Positions 25,125 through 37,004 of a DNA stretch of 64,000 bases are shown piece after piece. Origin of the DNA: Eledone cirrhosa (Eukaryota); contig OZ024743.1 in assembly GCA_964016885.1 (NCBI GenBank), forward strand, positions 283,774,001 through 283,838,000, in the 5' to 3' direction. The notes beneath the pieces were generated by a model. The model worked only from the letters and a program-made list of their open reading frames with translations. It ran no database searches and was not told the origin of the DNA. The position numbers were made by a program, and so were the translations under genes. Each line of letters starts with the position of its first letter. Positions within the stretch are counted from its first letter, which is position 1.

Positions 25125-25790
25125 AAAATTCGACCAATCCTTCCGTCGACAGGCGTGGCCACGATACTAACTTCTATTGGTGAATTGAATCAATGGTAAC
25201 AAACGCGTAATGATATAAACACCAACCTTAGAAAATAAAGAAATAAACAAGTTGACTCTTATTTGTTAGCTGAATTTTATAATATACTTCTTTCTTCATG
25301 AAAATAATTTTTAAAATTAATTTTAATAAACTTTAATATCATTTTCTTTCTTTTGATAGAATGTCTTATGTGATTCTATTTTCTTTTGTGGCGTGATAAC
25401 TTCCGCTAGAGAACTAAGGGTTGTCGGGTTTTCTTTTCCTTTTATTTTTGTTCACTACTGATGCTCAATTCTTACTATAACGCATATTCACATATTTGTA
25501 GGAGGTTACTATCTCGGGATATAGACTAAAACCAACTATTAAGAAATCATTGCTGATATATTCGATATTGAAAAACTCCACATGAGTAAGACAAATAATT
25601 ATGACACTATTATTAACGCCAATACCGCGGAAAAAGCCTGTCGCTGTTAAATAATGGTTATGCTGCAAACGGCGAATCGCTCTAGAAAAAAAAGCGGTGA
25701 TAGAAAGCTGATATAAAATACTACACACGTATCAGCTAATTAGAAATATATATATCATTTGTTATAATAACATTTCCATGGATCAGTATA
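25125..25790 (+). promoter_or_regulatory. Putative EDEM1 promoter/5' region
   Basis: CpG-enriched relative to flanks; CCAAT at 25134, ATTGG at 25176, palindrome CGTGGCCACG at 25154-25163; directly upstream of the first coding exon. Confidence 0.5.
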
Positions 25791-26050
25791 ATGTTGGGAA
25801 AACCGTCAACAATTTTTCTCTTGCTATGGATGTGTATTCTGGTGAAAGGTCGCATGTACCTCTTCCAGAAGGACTGGGGTCGCCACGATGTCAAGTACGG
25901 CCACTTCTCCGAGAAGGAGCGTCTAAACATGCTTCAAAAAGTCCGAGAGATGTTCAACTTCGGTTATGACAACTATATGAAATATGCTTTTCCTAAAGAC
26001 GAGCTAAACCCTCACAGTTGTCATGGTCGTGGCCCTGATTATGACAACCC
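25791..26050 (+). CDS. EDEM1: EDEM1 coding exon 1 (signal peptide/anchor and start of GH47 domain)
   Basis: ATG at 25791; MLGKPSTIFLLLWMCILVKG...VREMFNFGYDNYMKYAFPKDELNPHSCHGRGPDYDN(P), typical EDEM1 GH47 N-terminus; donor CC|GTAAGT, phase 2. Confidence 0.93.
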
Positions 26051-26282
26051 GTAAGTTTATACCACTTATGTTTCAATCGTGTACATTATTTGCTGTCTTC
26101 CTCCCAATTTTTATTATTTAAAGCCAACTTCATGTTAAGACTGGAGAAGGAAGTCTTCATTTCAATTTTTATTCGGTAATTCAGTAACCCACTGTTACTG
26201 TTTATTTGACTATATATATATATATATATATATAGCTAGCTAAGAGAATGGAGTACTCAATATCGAAGAAGAGTTTTAATAT

Positions 26283-26412
26283 TCATTGTATTAAGGCAGA
26301 ATAATGAGTCTTGTTACTCTGGAGTTACTCGCCTGTTTTTGTATGATGACCCTGTGATAAACAGGCGAAACTCCAGAGTGACAAGACTCACTGTTTAACC
26401 TTAATAAAATGA
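26283..26412. repeat. Long imperfect inverted repeat (hairpin/MITE-like) in EDEM1 intron 1
   Basis: Arms 26283-26338 and 26359-26412 (tgagtcttgttactctggagt..tcgcctgttt / aaacaggcga.actccagagtgacaagactca); about 20-nt loop. Confidence 0.85.
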
Positions 26413-26929
26413 GCATAACATATATTTATATATATATACACACATACACAATTAGCAAAGATCACCTGAAGAAGTGATTAATTTAAGCCTTTTTAAGTAC
26501 AGCTTACGTTCTAAAAACTTTAATATCGATGATTTTAAATGTTTTCGACAGTGGATGTCGATGCTAGTGTTAAGGATCTAGAATTCTTACCAGTGTCTCT
26601 CTTTAAGTTGAGTCGTCAGATATATTAAATTAATATATTTCATCAAAAACCAGATTCTTATATCAACTTAAAGATCTTAACACAAAGTATTTGACTTTGA
26701 GACCGATATATATTCGCTGTACCTGGTAGAATTGTATATTTTAACCAGTAAACTACATTGTCAGGTGAGCTTTCTCGTTACTCGCTCAAAGAAACGACAT
26801 ACAAATATAATTCTATCATACTGAAGCTGAATTAAAGCGAGGATATATTTTTCGATACTAATTACTGAAAAGTTTAAGACATACCAAAGAACGAGCATTG
26901 TTCACTAGCAATTAGAAACGGTGCTTATA

Positions 26930-27360
26930 TTAGCTCCGGGTCAACCTTAATTGAGCAGACCTATGATCAAAGGCGACTCTCGTGTCATTATTTTCAAGTC
27001 ACAGTGTATCTAGGACTGTTTTAAAGACGGTAGGGTGATATTTGATTAAAATCTAGCTGCTATTTAAGTGACCACATAGGTGGAGGCTTCGTTATTCGAC
27101 GGTGTTGTTGGTTAACTCAAGATCAGCTGTCATGACGCGGATTTGTGATCAAAGGCGTTCCAGCCTTGAGCATATCATCTTGTATTTATATTAGGGACTT
27201 CATTTTCCAATGTATTTTTTATTTAAGATGGTGGGATGTGATTTGGATGAAACCTGACTGCTATTTCTAGCAGATCTTGCAACCGTGTAGAGACTTCGTC
27301 TCTGATGAAGATTGTGGTTTTAGGTCCAGATCAGCTTTGATTGAGCAGTCCTATAATCAG
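26930..27360 (+). repeat. Degenerate tandem copies of an unclassified ~200-bp interspersed repeat
   Basis: ttgagcagacctatgatcaaaggcg...aagacggtagggtgatatttg...gctgctattt recurs here and at about 27760, 40980-41100 and 55260. Confidence 0.55.
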
Positions 27361-27693
27361 ATTTTCTATTAATGATTAACCTGTCTTTATATATATATAT
27401 ATATATAAGTTAAAACAATGAAATAAAAAAATCAAGTCATTAGAGATATACTTCACTGCTTTACGATCGTTTCTAGATGATGATAATACATTGTAGCTAT
27501 ACTTCGTTATTGATCTATGTGGGAATAGACTCCACAACTTACCGTGGATATCTCTGTGTATATATATATATATATATATAAAGTAGAAATACAACAGTTA
27601 GTTCTAACTATTGTTCTAATTGTTGTGTTTCTACTTCTACCAACCTCGTCCCATGGACTGAGTGCTCTACCACTACGGATATTTCCTTCCAGT

Positions 27694-27726
<33 letters not shown>

Positions 27727-28064
27727 ACTTTATCTAATGTGTCCGTCTTTTTGTTAAGACGATAGGTACATGAGGGAATTTAGTTGCTATTTTTCCCATC
27801 AAGCGACTGCATTGAGAATCCCCGAAAGGTGATTCCTTTGTTGGTTAAAAACTACTACAGAAGGGCTGGGTCCCACTCCGCTTTCGGAACAGGTGATTCA
27901 AAGTCGCATGTCCCTTCTTCGTAAAAAAATAATAATTAATAGATAATTTTTACATTGAAAAACCGTTGGATGTAAATATGAATGTTTCTGGGAGTGTTTG
28001 GAATCGTGAGCTACGTGTCACGTTCGAGCAGATTGTGAGAGTTGATTTTATTATTACAGCTATT

Positions 28065-28163
28065 GAATCCCGCCGACTTTGTCTTTCATCCTTACGGGGT
28101 CGATAAAATAAAGTACCAGTAATGCACTGGGTAATTGCTGGCCTTGTGCCTAAAGTAGAAACA
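28065..28163 (+). mobile_element. 5'-truncated (ATT)n-tailed SINE
   Basis: Same family as 19767; 15-bp TSD attattacagctatt at 28050-28064 and 28164-28178. Confidence 0.9.
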
Positions 28164-28958
28164 ATTATTACAGCTATTAATTAAATTAATACACAATACA
28201 TGGGAATCCGATTTGATGTTCTTAACTTTTTTAATACACTCTGGGAGCATACATTTGCTGTATAGTATGTTATAATTGCTATTTTCCTTATTCTATCAAA
28301 CATCATGTCAGTGGTAAAAATTAACTCTTGTTTCTGTATTGTTAAAGTAGAAGAGATTACATATCGCTTTACTGGATAAGTTATCAGTCTGTTGTAGGTA
28401 ACTTTCTTAGAACTAGTATCTACTTTCCAACAGTTAAAGGAATCAGTAATCCTAAATTACAGTTAAATATTCGTAGGAAATATGGTTAAATCACTCATAA
28501 TCTGATAGCCTGATACTTCATTCTCTATTGCTTGCTAATTCCTTCCAACCCTTTTTTCCATCCACTGACTGCTGGATGAAACACCAGTAACTATGCTGGT
28601 TTTAGGCCTATTTACTTGCCCACGATGGCCAGGTGCTTGAACGGGTTGTTCTTGTGGTTGGATGATTAGCCCTTGCCATTGACAAATATCAATTCTATAC
28701 TGTAATTCAATCTCGGAACCGTACATTCTTAGTACATTATACTCAGTTTACATGGGAAACTATGGATATCCTTTATCACTAATAGAAATAGTATTATGGG
28801 AGTTGTTTAGTATCATTCTTAGCTTAACAGTCTCTCACTTCTTGTAGATTGATAAATTACTCAAGATAATAGCGCAAGATAAAAAAAAGACTAAAATTAG
28901 GTTATATGTAGCATATTGAGTTTATAGGTCATTACTGAACATCAGGTTCGACTAATAA

Positions 28959-29098
28959 CGATTTCTATTATAAACACAAGGCCAGCAATTTTGGGGGAGG
29001 GGAAAGTCGATTAAATCGACCCCAGTGCATTACTGGTGCTTTGTTTGATCGACCCCATAAGGATTACAGACAAAGCTAACCTCGGCGGAATTTGAACA
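28959..29098 (-). mobile_element. 5'-truncated SINE (related subfamily)
   Basis: gatcgaccccataagg...ctcggcggaatttgaac; 15-bp TSD aggttcgactaataa at 28944-28958 and 29099-29113. Confidence 0.88.
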
Positions 29099-29266
29099 AG
29101 GTTCGACTAATAATAAAAACAACGCAACTTTTTCTTGATTCTAAGTCATTTCTGGAAGCTGTTAAATTCTTGGCAACTGGAATTTGTATTGCTTTTACTA
29201 CTTACCTGGAACAGAATCGTTTATATATAACAACAATATGCATTTTATGGCCATTTATCCTGCTAA

Positions 29267-30010
29267 GGCAGGGGTAGTCTTGCAAACCCCATAACAAGCT
29301 TCTCAATTTTGCTCTATCGTCTGCATCTCCCTTCATCAATACTCTGGCTTTCATTTTCTCCTCCATATACCTTTAGTCACGTCTTTCTTGGTATTCCTTT
29401 TCCTCTACTTTTTATCATATTCATTTTCATCACTTCGCTTCCTCTATCACTTTCATCCGTCTTCATCTCATAACCCAACAATCTTATTCTATTTCTCTAA
29501 GTGATACTCTGCTTATCTGCAGGACCATTCTCCTTTCAGTTCTTTCCCACCTTCTCCGTTGCTCCATGTTCATCACCCATGTCTTTATAAATCATGGCAC
29601 CACTCATACATGCAGCATATACCTTTTTCCTTTCAGTTTTAACAACATTCCCTTCATTAGTACACCATCCAGTTCCAAGAACTTCTTCCATGCACATCTT
29701 ATTCTTGTTACTGATGATGAATCTTATCTATCTTGTCAACACATCTCTTAGATAAATCATTTTTAGATCATTCCCAAGATTCAGCTCATTTGGATCTCCC
29801 CTTTTATACACTTTATGCTTAAATATACATTATTTACTAACACATTATTTACTAATCTCTTCACACATTATTTACTAATCTCTTCACACTAAATTTTCTA
29901 TGTAAGTGCATTTCATACATTTAATGGAGTTCATTTCGATGCCCTTCCTGCACACACACCTCACCACATTAACATTTGCTTTTACCTTCATACCTTTTGC
30001 CTCTATAAAT
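29267..30010 (-). mobile_element. Degenerate RTE LINE 3' fragment
   Basis: Similar to 330-1310 (gcaggggtagtcttgcaaacccc..caagcttctc). Confidence 0.6.
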
Positions 30011-30319
30011 TATAATATTCACTATACTCTCATTGTTGAGAATATTATTTTATTGTACGGAACTGTATTGTTATATATTTCCTTGTATACTTTGTTTAGC
30101 TGTAAATATTATATACAGTGATGATCTAAATGCCATACATGATTTTACATCTTGATTTTAAATCCTACAGGAGTTTGAGCCCTTATTGAGTTCAATAAAA
30201 TAGTGCTAACTATTTATTGTGACTGATTCAAACAATTATTCCTCTTGCCTATGCATTTTTGGTTTGTTCCAAAGTAATACATTTGCAGAGATTGTTGAAA
30301 CAGGATGGCACTATAAACT

Positions 30320-30880
30320 CACTAATCAGTAAACCTCTGAAAGATGTTGACTAGTTCACCTATCTTGGAAGCAATATTTCAAAACAAGGTCTTGCTGAAA
30401 CTGACATAAACACATGCATTGGCAAATCTTGGGTTGCCGTGGATAAACTGACAACAATTTGGAAATTGAAACTCCCCAAATAAATAAAATGTGAATTCTC
30501 CCAAGCAACAGTGGAGTCAGTCCTGCTGTACAGGAGTACTGTGTTGATATTCTTTAACTAACTCGAGGTGGCACATACACAAGAATACTCAGCTGCTTTA
30601 AACATATCCTGGAAAAAAAGTAGCTCTATTGTCATCTACCTGCAATCTCTTATACCATCTGAGAAACACTCAAACCAAACTTGCAGGACAGTTAGAGCAC
30701 AAAGAATGAAATTGTTCGAGATGTGCTGCTGGGGACACCAAGGCATAGATAACTCAAGCAGCTATGTGAGAATGCTGAGTGTTTTCCAGAAGACCTGCTA
30801 AGTGCAATGGATGATAGTGGGATGGAGAAGGAGAGTCATGGTGATTCATGTAACCAGCAGATCAAGATGATGATGACTGA
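30320..30880 (+). mobile_element. Degenerate LINE 3' fragment of a different RTE-group family (no PHD seen)
   Basis: FTYLGSNIS..DINTCIGKSWVAVDKLTTIWK..ATVESVLLY; (GAT)n tail. Confidence 0.7.
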
Positions 30881-31874
30881 TTTATATGATTTATTATATA
30901 TAGTTTGGAATCACTCCAGTTGGGAGTTTACATAGGGCACTGATGTGATTTGGTTTTAAATTTTCTACAGGATCTACTTCATTTATGTTGCTGATTCTTT
31001 AAGGGAAGCTATCAGCAACTTGATATTCCTTTCTATTGTAAGTTTAGAACTTCATGCTTTTTGAGAAATTATCATTATCAATATTATTATATGTTGATGA
31101 AGTCTTTCATCCTTCTCCAGCTGATACTAGTATCTAATTAAAAATTCTCCTCCTTGAAAATGTTTGGTCATGTGCCTGTGTAAGAAATCCTTATGCTGGT
31201 GTTTATGTAGCACTTAATTTGAGTTTATGGTAGCATTGAACTGATTATATGAATTACAGAATTCAGTTTTGATCTTCTAGACAGAGGTCATCATTTTGTA
31301 TTTACTTTCCATGCTGGCATGTGTTACAGTCTGAGACAGTTCTTATTCAGAGTTACTGCCCTTCTAGGCAAGTCAGAGGACTACGTCTTCGTACATTTCA
31401 ATTTTTGCATGATTTCTATTGTTGGATGCCGTTCCTAACTCTAACCACCCAAGAGTCGACAAGACTAAGAGTCCTCTATTCTATGTTGTCTCTGTTTGAT
31501 GATCACTTACTTTACAGAGTGTACTGTGTGTCAACACTAGGGAGGCTGTTTTCGCCATGGCAAAAGTCCTCACCTCTTGAATATGCAGTCATGTGCCTAT
31601 GTTAGAAAACATTGATTCACAGCATGTTACATTTCTAACATGCTACATATGTTAGAAAACATTGAATTCTGAATTAGTTTCAAGAAAACATATTGAACAA
31701 TTTGTATACTATTCAACTTAATCCTTTGGTGTTTTAGATGTTAAAAAAATGTCAATAGATATTGTCTTCTGACAGCTATTTACTGTATTATAGGTTTCCA
31801 TATCTAGTGTTTCATTGGAATTTTTGTCATCTCTTCACTTAGATATGTATGTCTGTGTGTACATGTGTGTGTAG

Positions 31875-32190
31875 ACTTGGTTGAGTGGTTGAGATATTTA
31901 CTTTGCAATCATGAGGTCTTGTGTTTGATTTCACTGTGGCATTATGGGCAAGTATCTATTGCCATAACCTCTGGTCAACCTAAGTCTTGTGAGTAAAATT
32001 GGGTTGACAGAAACTGTGGAAGCCTGTACCTGTAATTTAAATGGCCAACCTTGTCATGCCTTGCATCCAGCTAATTTTACTGGAGCATTATATTAAAGTT
32101 AATCATAGCTGTGGAATATTCAGGCACTACACTACTTTTCAATGAGTAGTTACTTCAGTACAACTGGAATATTCATCATCAAAACCATTA
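31875..32190 (+). mobile_element. Old tRNA-derived SINE
   Basis: tggttgagtggtt A-box remnant and tgggcaagt central motif, lying between (TG/TA)n tracts. Confidence 0.5.
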
Positions 32191-32899
32191 AAGGATACAT
32201 TTACTTTATGTGCTTGTGTGTGTATGCATGTTTATATGTGTATCTATATGTATGTGTACATGTGAGGTCACTTTGAGTGCTGCTGGTATTATGTAATTGA
32301 ATACTACAACTTATATGTTTGGGTCAGCAACTAAACCAACACCCACACCAAGCTAATTAGCAACCCTGAAAGACAAAAATAAAAGCTATCAAAAGGTTGG
32401 TGGAACTCAGTATAGGATCAACAACTATCTAGCAATAGTGCACAGTGATATAGAAGTAATCAAGATGGGGCATGAACGTGCTTTCAAAGTGATAGAACTA
32501 TAGTTCATATTACAACATCTACCTAGATTGGGCTCCTTAGCTTTATTAGGGATGATTTATCTGCATTGGCCAGGTTCCTTGTGGGTAAATCTAGGAAGAT
32601 AGGGGTGAGGGGTGTACACCCTGGGAGAATAACAAGCTGGCAGTTAGTTTTAAGGCAGTTTCCAAGAGATTGGTTTTGGAGTGAAGATAAAGATACTGGA
32701 AAATGTGCACCTTTAACACCACTCTAAATCTTCATTGCACAGATGTCTTCTGCAATGCAAATCATGGACCTTGGATATTAGGAGTGTCTATGATGATGAA
32801 ATACCAACATGGTGGTGGCATGTGGATTACATTTACTTCAATAAGCATGATTACTAAGAAGGTGAAAACATTTAATAATAACTCTCTCCCTCAGAACAA

Positions 32900-33110
32900 G
32901 AGAGGTGATGAAAAACAGACAAGAAAGATGTTCAAGCTGAAGGCAGAATTTGTGGGGAGGTTGCAGAGACAGTTCATATTGATTCTGAGTGTAAGCAGTT
33001 ATCCCAGAATAATTTCAAAATAGGCTGACATGATAAGGTGGCTGCTATGTTGCATTGGCGCTTGCTTATGTCAAAAGTATGGATTTCCATGTGCAGAAAA
33101 AAACTATGAA
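32900..33110 (+). mobile_element. R4/Dong-clade retrotransposon, zinc-knuckle portion
   Basis: RICGEVAETV.., ECKQLSQNNFKIG*HDKVAAMLHWRL, matching the CCHC and RHD motifs of REL-type elements. Confidence 0.7.
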
Positions 33111-35012
33111 CAAGGCATCTGGTATGGTGGGACACACTATGGTCACCCGTATAGTTAACCAAGTAATACAGAATGGGGTCATACTGAAAGACTGGCGTAG
33201 CATCATCATCATTAACTGCTACAAGGGTAAAGGGGATGCTCTAGATAGGGGAAACTATAGAGGCATTAAGTTAGTTGACCAGGTCATGAAGGTCACAGAA
33301 AGAGTTATAGCGCAACTAATCAGAGCGAATTGATCTAGATGAAATGCAGTTTGGGTTTGTGTCGGGTAAAAGTACCACAGACGCTGTTTTCCTTGTACGA
33401 CAACTACAAGAGAAGTACCTAGCTAAAAGTAAACCCCTCTACTTAGCTTTTGTAGACCTGGAGAAAGCTTTTAACAGAGTCCCCCACTCCATTATCTGGT
33501 GGGCTCTTAGAAAACTAGGTGTAGATGAATGGCTTATGAGAGCTATACAAGCTATGTATAATGAAACGGTCAGTAAGGTTAGAATTAACAATGAATATTG
33601 TGAAGAATTTAGTGTAAAAGTTGGCGTTCATCAACGCTCTGTCCTTAGCCCCCTCTTATTTATTATTGCCCTTCAGGCTATAACAGAGGAGTTCAAGACC
33701 GGTTTCCCATGGGAACTCCTATATGCAGATGATCTAACGCTCATAGCTGAATCAATGGCTGAACTAGAGAAGAAATTCGAAACATGGAAGCATGGCCTAG
33801 AATCAAAAGGCCTTAAAGTTAACTTGTCTAAGACTAAAGTTCTAGTTTGTAGAAAGGAAAATAGGGCACAGGTGCCCTCAGGGAAATGGCCATGCTCAGT
33901 GTGTAGGAAAGGAGTAGGCAGAAATTCCATTTTATGTCCCAAATGCAAAGTATGGGTACATAAAAGATGTAGTGGGATCACAGGTAAACTATCTAAGAAC
34001 GTAGACTTTATATGTGGCCAATGCTCAGGTGCAATAAGTAGCAAGTGTCCAAAGGATACTAGCTCCTTCTATTGCCCAGATGGTTCTATAGAAATAGTAG
34101 ACACTTTCCGTTACCTGGGTGACGAAATCAGCAGTGGTCGAGGGTGTTCTGAAAGTACAGTAGCCAGAGTCAGAACGGGATAGAAAAAAATTCAGAGAGC
34201 TTATACCGCTGTTGGCCACAAAAGGTTTCTCTCTAAAAATGAAAGGCAGATTGTATGATACCTGTATACGAACAGCAATGCTACATGGCAGTGAGACATG
34301 GGCATTACGTGCAGAGGACCTGTGTAAACTGGAAAGGAACGAAGCATGCATGCTCCATTGGATGTGTAATAGTAATATACGTGAACGGCAAAGCATAAAT
34401 AATCTAAGTGAGAAATTAGAAATAAGAGGGATCAGATACTGTTTACTTGAGAGAAGACTACGTTAGTATGGTCACGTGATGCGCATGAAAAAGTGCAGGG
34501 CGATCAAAATTGATGGTAGTTACGGAGTAGGTAGACCCAGAAAAACCTGGGATGATCTGATAAATTCCGACCTCACACATTTACATCCCACTAAGACAAT
34601 GTCTCTGGACCGAGATCTTTGGCGCTACGCAGTAATACAGAAGACCCGCCTTGCCTATGTACAAAGCGAAACCTACAGTCAGTAGGCACCTCTTAACAAA
34701 ATATACACCCCAATCTACTACCCCTACCCTATCCTACCACTCCCACCAACAGCACGAGAAAATGAAATCGAGTTCGTGTAGGTGTCACGACAAAAAAAAA
34801 CACACAGTCCACGCTGAAATGTGGCCGTGTAGGTAACACGGTAAAAAGTTGCCAGTTCCACACTGTAAATGTCGTTGGTGTTAGGAAGGGCATCCAGCTG
34901 TAGAAAACCTGCCAGATAGTCCTATATGAGCGAGACACGGTCACCCGACCAGCTCTCGTCTAACCCACGCTAGCGTGGAAAATGGATATTAAACGAAGAT
35001 GATGATGATGAT
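33110..35012 (+). mobile_element. 5'-truncated RTE LINE (RT-PHD), nested in the R4/Dong relic
   Basis: NYRGIKL, QFGF, AFVDLEKAF, LYADD, C4HC3 finger; 3' end ctaacccacgctagcgtggaaaatgg with (GAT)n; internal stops. Confidence 0.95.
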
Positions 35013-35014
35013 GG

Positions 35015-35560
35015 TGTCACAAATGAGATTAGAGTGTTAGAGAATGATGAGTTTTATGGGATTTTCCAATTCAGACCAAGATGAAGATTGAGCATAACAA
35101 ACCAAATATTGTCAAAATTAAGAGGAGAGATCTTGTATCCTCATAGATGTAGCGTGTCCTTTTGACACCAGAATTCAAGGAAAAGAGGAGAAAGTAGGGG
35201 CTTATACCAACCTAAAATATGAGATCTTGAAATGCTGAAGTAATGAAGTAAAAACAGTCACCATTGTCCAAGTGTTGATTAGTGCTCTTGGCATGGTGAC
35301 AAAGAACTTTGTGAATTACCTGTTGAAGTTAGACTTTGCATCTGGGATTGAACCGCTCTAGAAGACATGCCTACTGGTAACAATTCAAATCGAGAAAGGT
35401 TCTGGTCTACCAGCAGTAGTTAAATGACATGGAAGGATATGAAAAGGTTGGACTTACCCTAGGCTATTTGTTGTAGCCCGGTATTCCCTAAAATAACCGA
35501 CCCAAAACATCAAAGTTGGGCATGATAAACAGCCAAATAATAATAATTTTCAATAAATAA
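35015..35560 (+). mobile_element. R4/Dong-clade retrotransposon, restriction-like endonuclease and 3' end
   Basis: LWDFPIQTKMKIEHNKPNIV, CILIDVACPFDTRIQGKEEK..Y..LKYEI, VQVLISALG; (TAA)n tail. Confidence 0.82.
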
Positions 35561-37004
35561 ATAAAAACTAGAATGTTCTCAGCTCTGCTACAATTCTATG
35601 CTTTTTGTACAAGTTAAAAGCCATCTTTCACTACTGCTGCCACCACAATGACCATGCAAACAAATCAACTAATCAGATTTTTTAGCTATTCTTTTACTCA
35701 ATGGAGGTCAACATTTTGTAATCAGTTGAACATCTGTTCTGTTCACTTGCACTTTTGACACATTTCAAGGGAAGGAAAGCCATTTTGATTGCACATGTTA
35801 TTTGTCCAGAGAGATGTTCAATGAGTGGGTAAGTGTAATGGTTGAACTGGAAATCAAAGTCACACCACAAACATAGCTTCTTTTATAATTATTTTACAGC
35901 ACAGTCATTTGGATGCATTATGGCCAAATAGAAACTACTTGGAAGACTATCAAATAGTGTGTACATGTAATTCAAAGGAGCAGCTTTGTCACTCACTCCA
36001 TCATGCTGAATCTCCTTGTGATTCGCATGAAGGGCACGTGTTTGTTGTGAAAGACTCAATTTAATGAGTAGACTTTTTCCATAATAAGAAAACAGGAACA
36101 CTCTTTGTCAAAACTGATGGTGACTCTTTTACTTTACAGCACAGATATATGGTTATGTAATAAGGTTGGGAGGCCCCTTCAGTTGTGTCAAGGACACGAC
36201 AGCCTCTCTAGTATTGGTGATCTACACGATAAACACAACCGGTACACACTGTAAAGTGGTTGGTGATAAGAATGGCATTCGGCCATAGAAAGCCTACCAA
36301 ACAAAGGGTTGGGGAGACCCTTCCAGTTGTGACAAAGACATGACAACCTCGCCTGTGCACTTGGTAGAACATGAGACTGTACATAAGCAACATGTAGATC
36401 CCTGGTTTGTCTGGGAGACCAGCGCCCTTGCTTCAGTACTGACTTTGTCCATGTGGACCTGTCCAACCTTGCTAGCAGGAAAATAGCAGACGTTAAAACG
36501 ACAATGATGATGATCGTTGTGACTCAGCTGTTTTCATGGTATTGTGCTGATAAAATAACTCTCTCAATGGCAAGGTTACCTTCTGAAGTAGTTTCTTTCT
36601 CAGACACATGGCAGATCCTCAACAGATTGGAACTTCGAACCCTGAGCAGGGAGTCTAATATCATATTTCACTTTTACATGTGTACCTCATAAAAGAAGAA
36701 ATAAGATATTATAAACATTAATTTAGGTCAGAAAAAGAACAGCTCTGATGAAACTTGTATCTATCACTTGGTGTCATATATATCATTTATATTAAAACAG
36801 CTGTTAATTAATACACTCATTTCATCATCGTCATTTTTATATCCACTTTTCCATACTGGCATAAGTTGGACAAGTTTTTTTTTAGTCAGTTTTTCTATAA
36901 CATGATGGCCTTCCTGATGTCACCAATATTTTATTTTTAAGTATGGATTAATATACCACTCATTTTTGTCAAATTGGTTCACTATGATATGTATTGTTGT
37001 CGAC

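Noticed and set aside
36738-36806. Second hammerhead-like motif (CTGATGA...AAACAGCTGT)
   Set aside because: Lacks the G of GAAA, and neither stem II nor stem I pairs convincingly.
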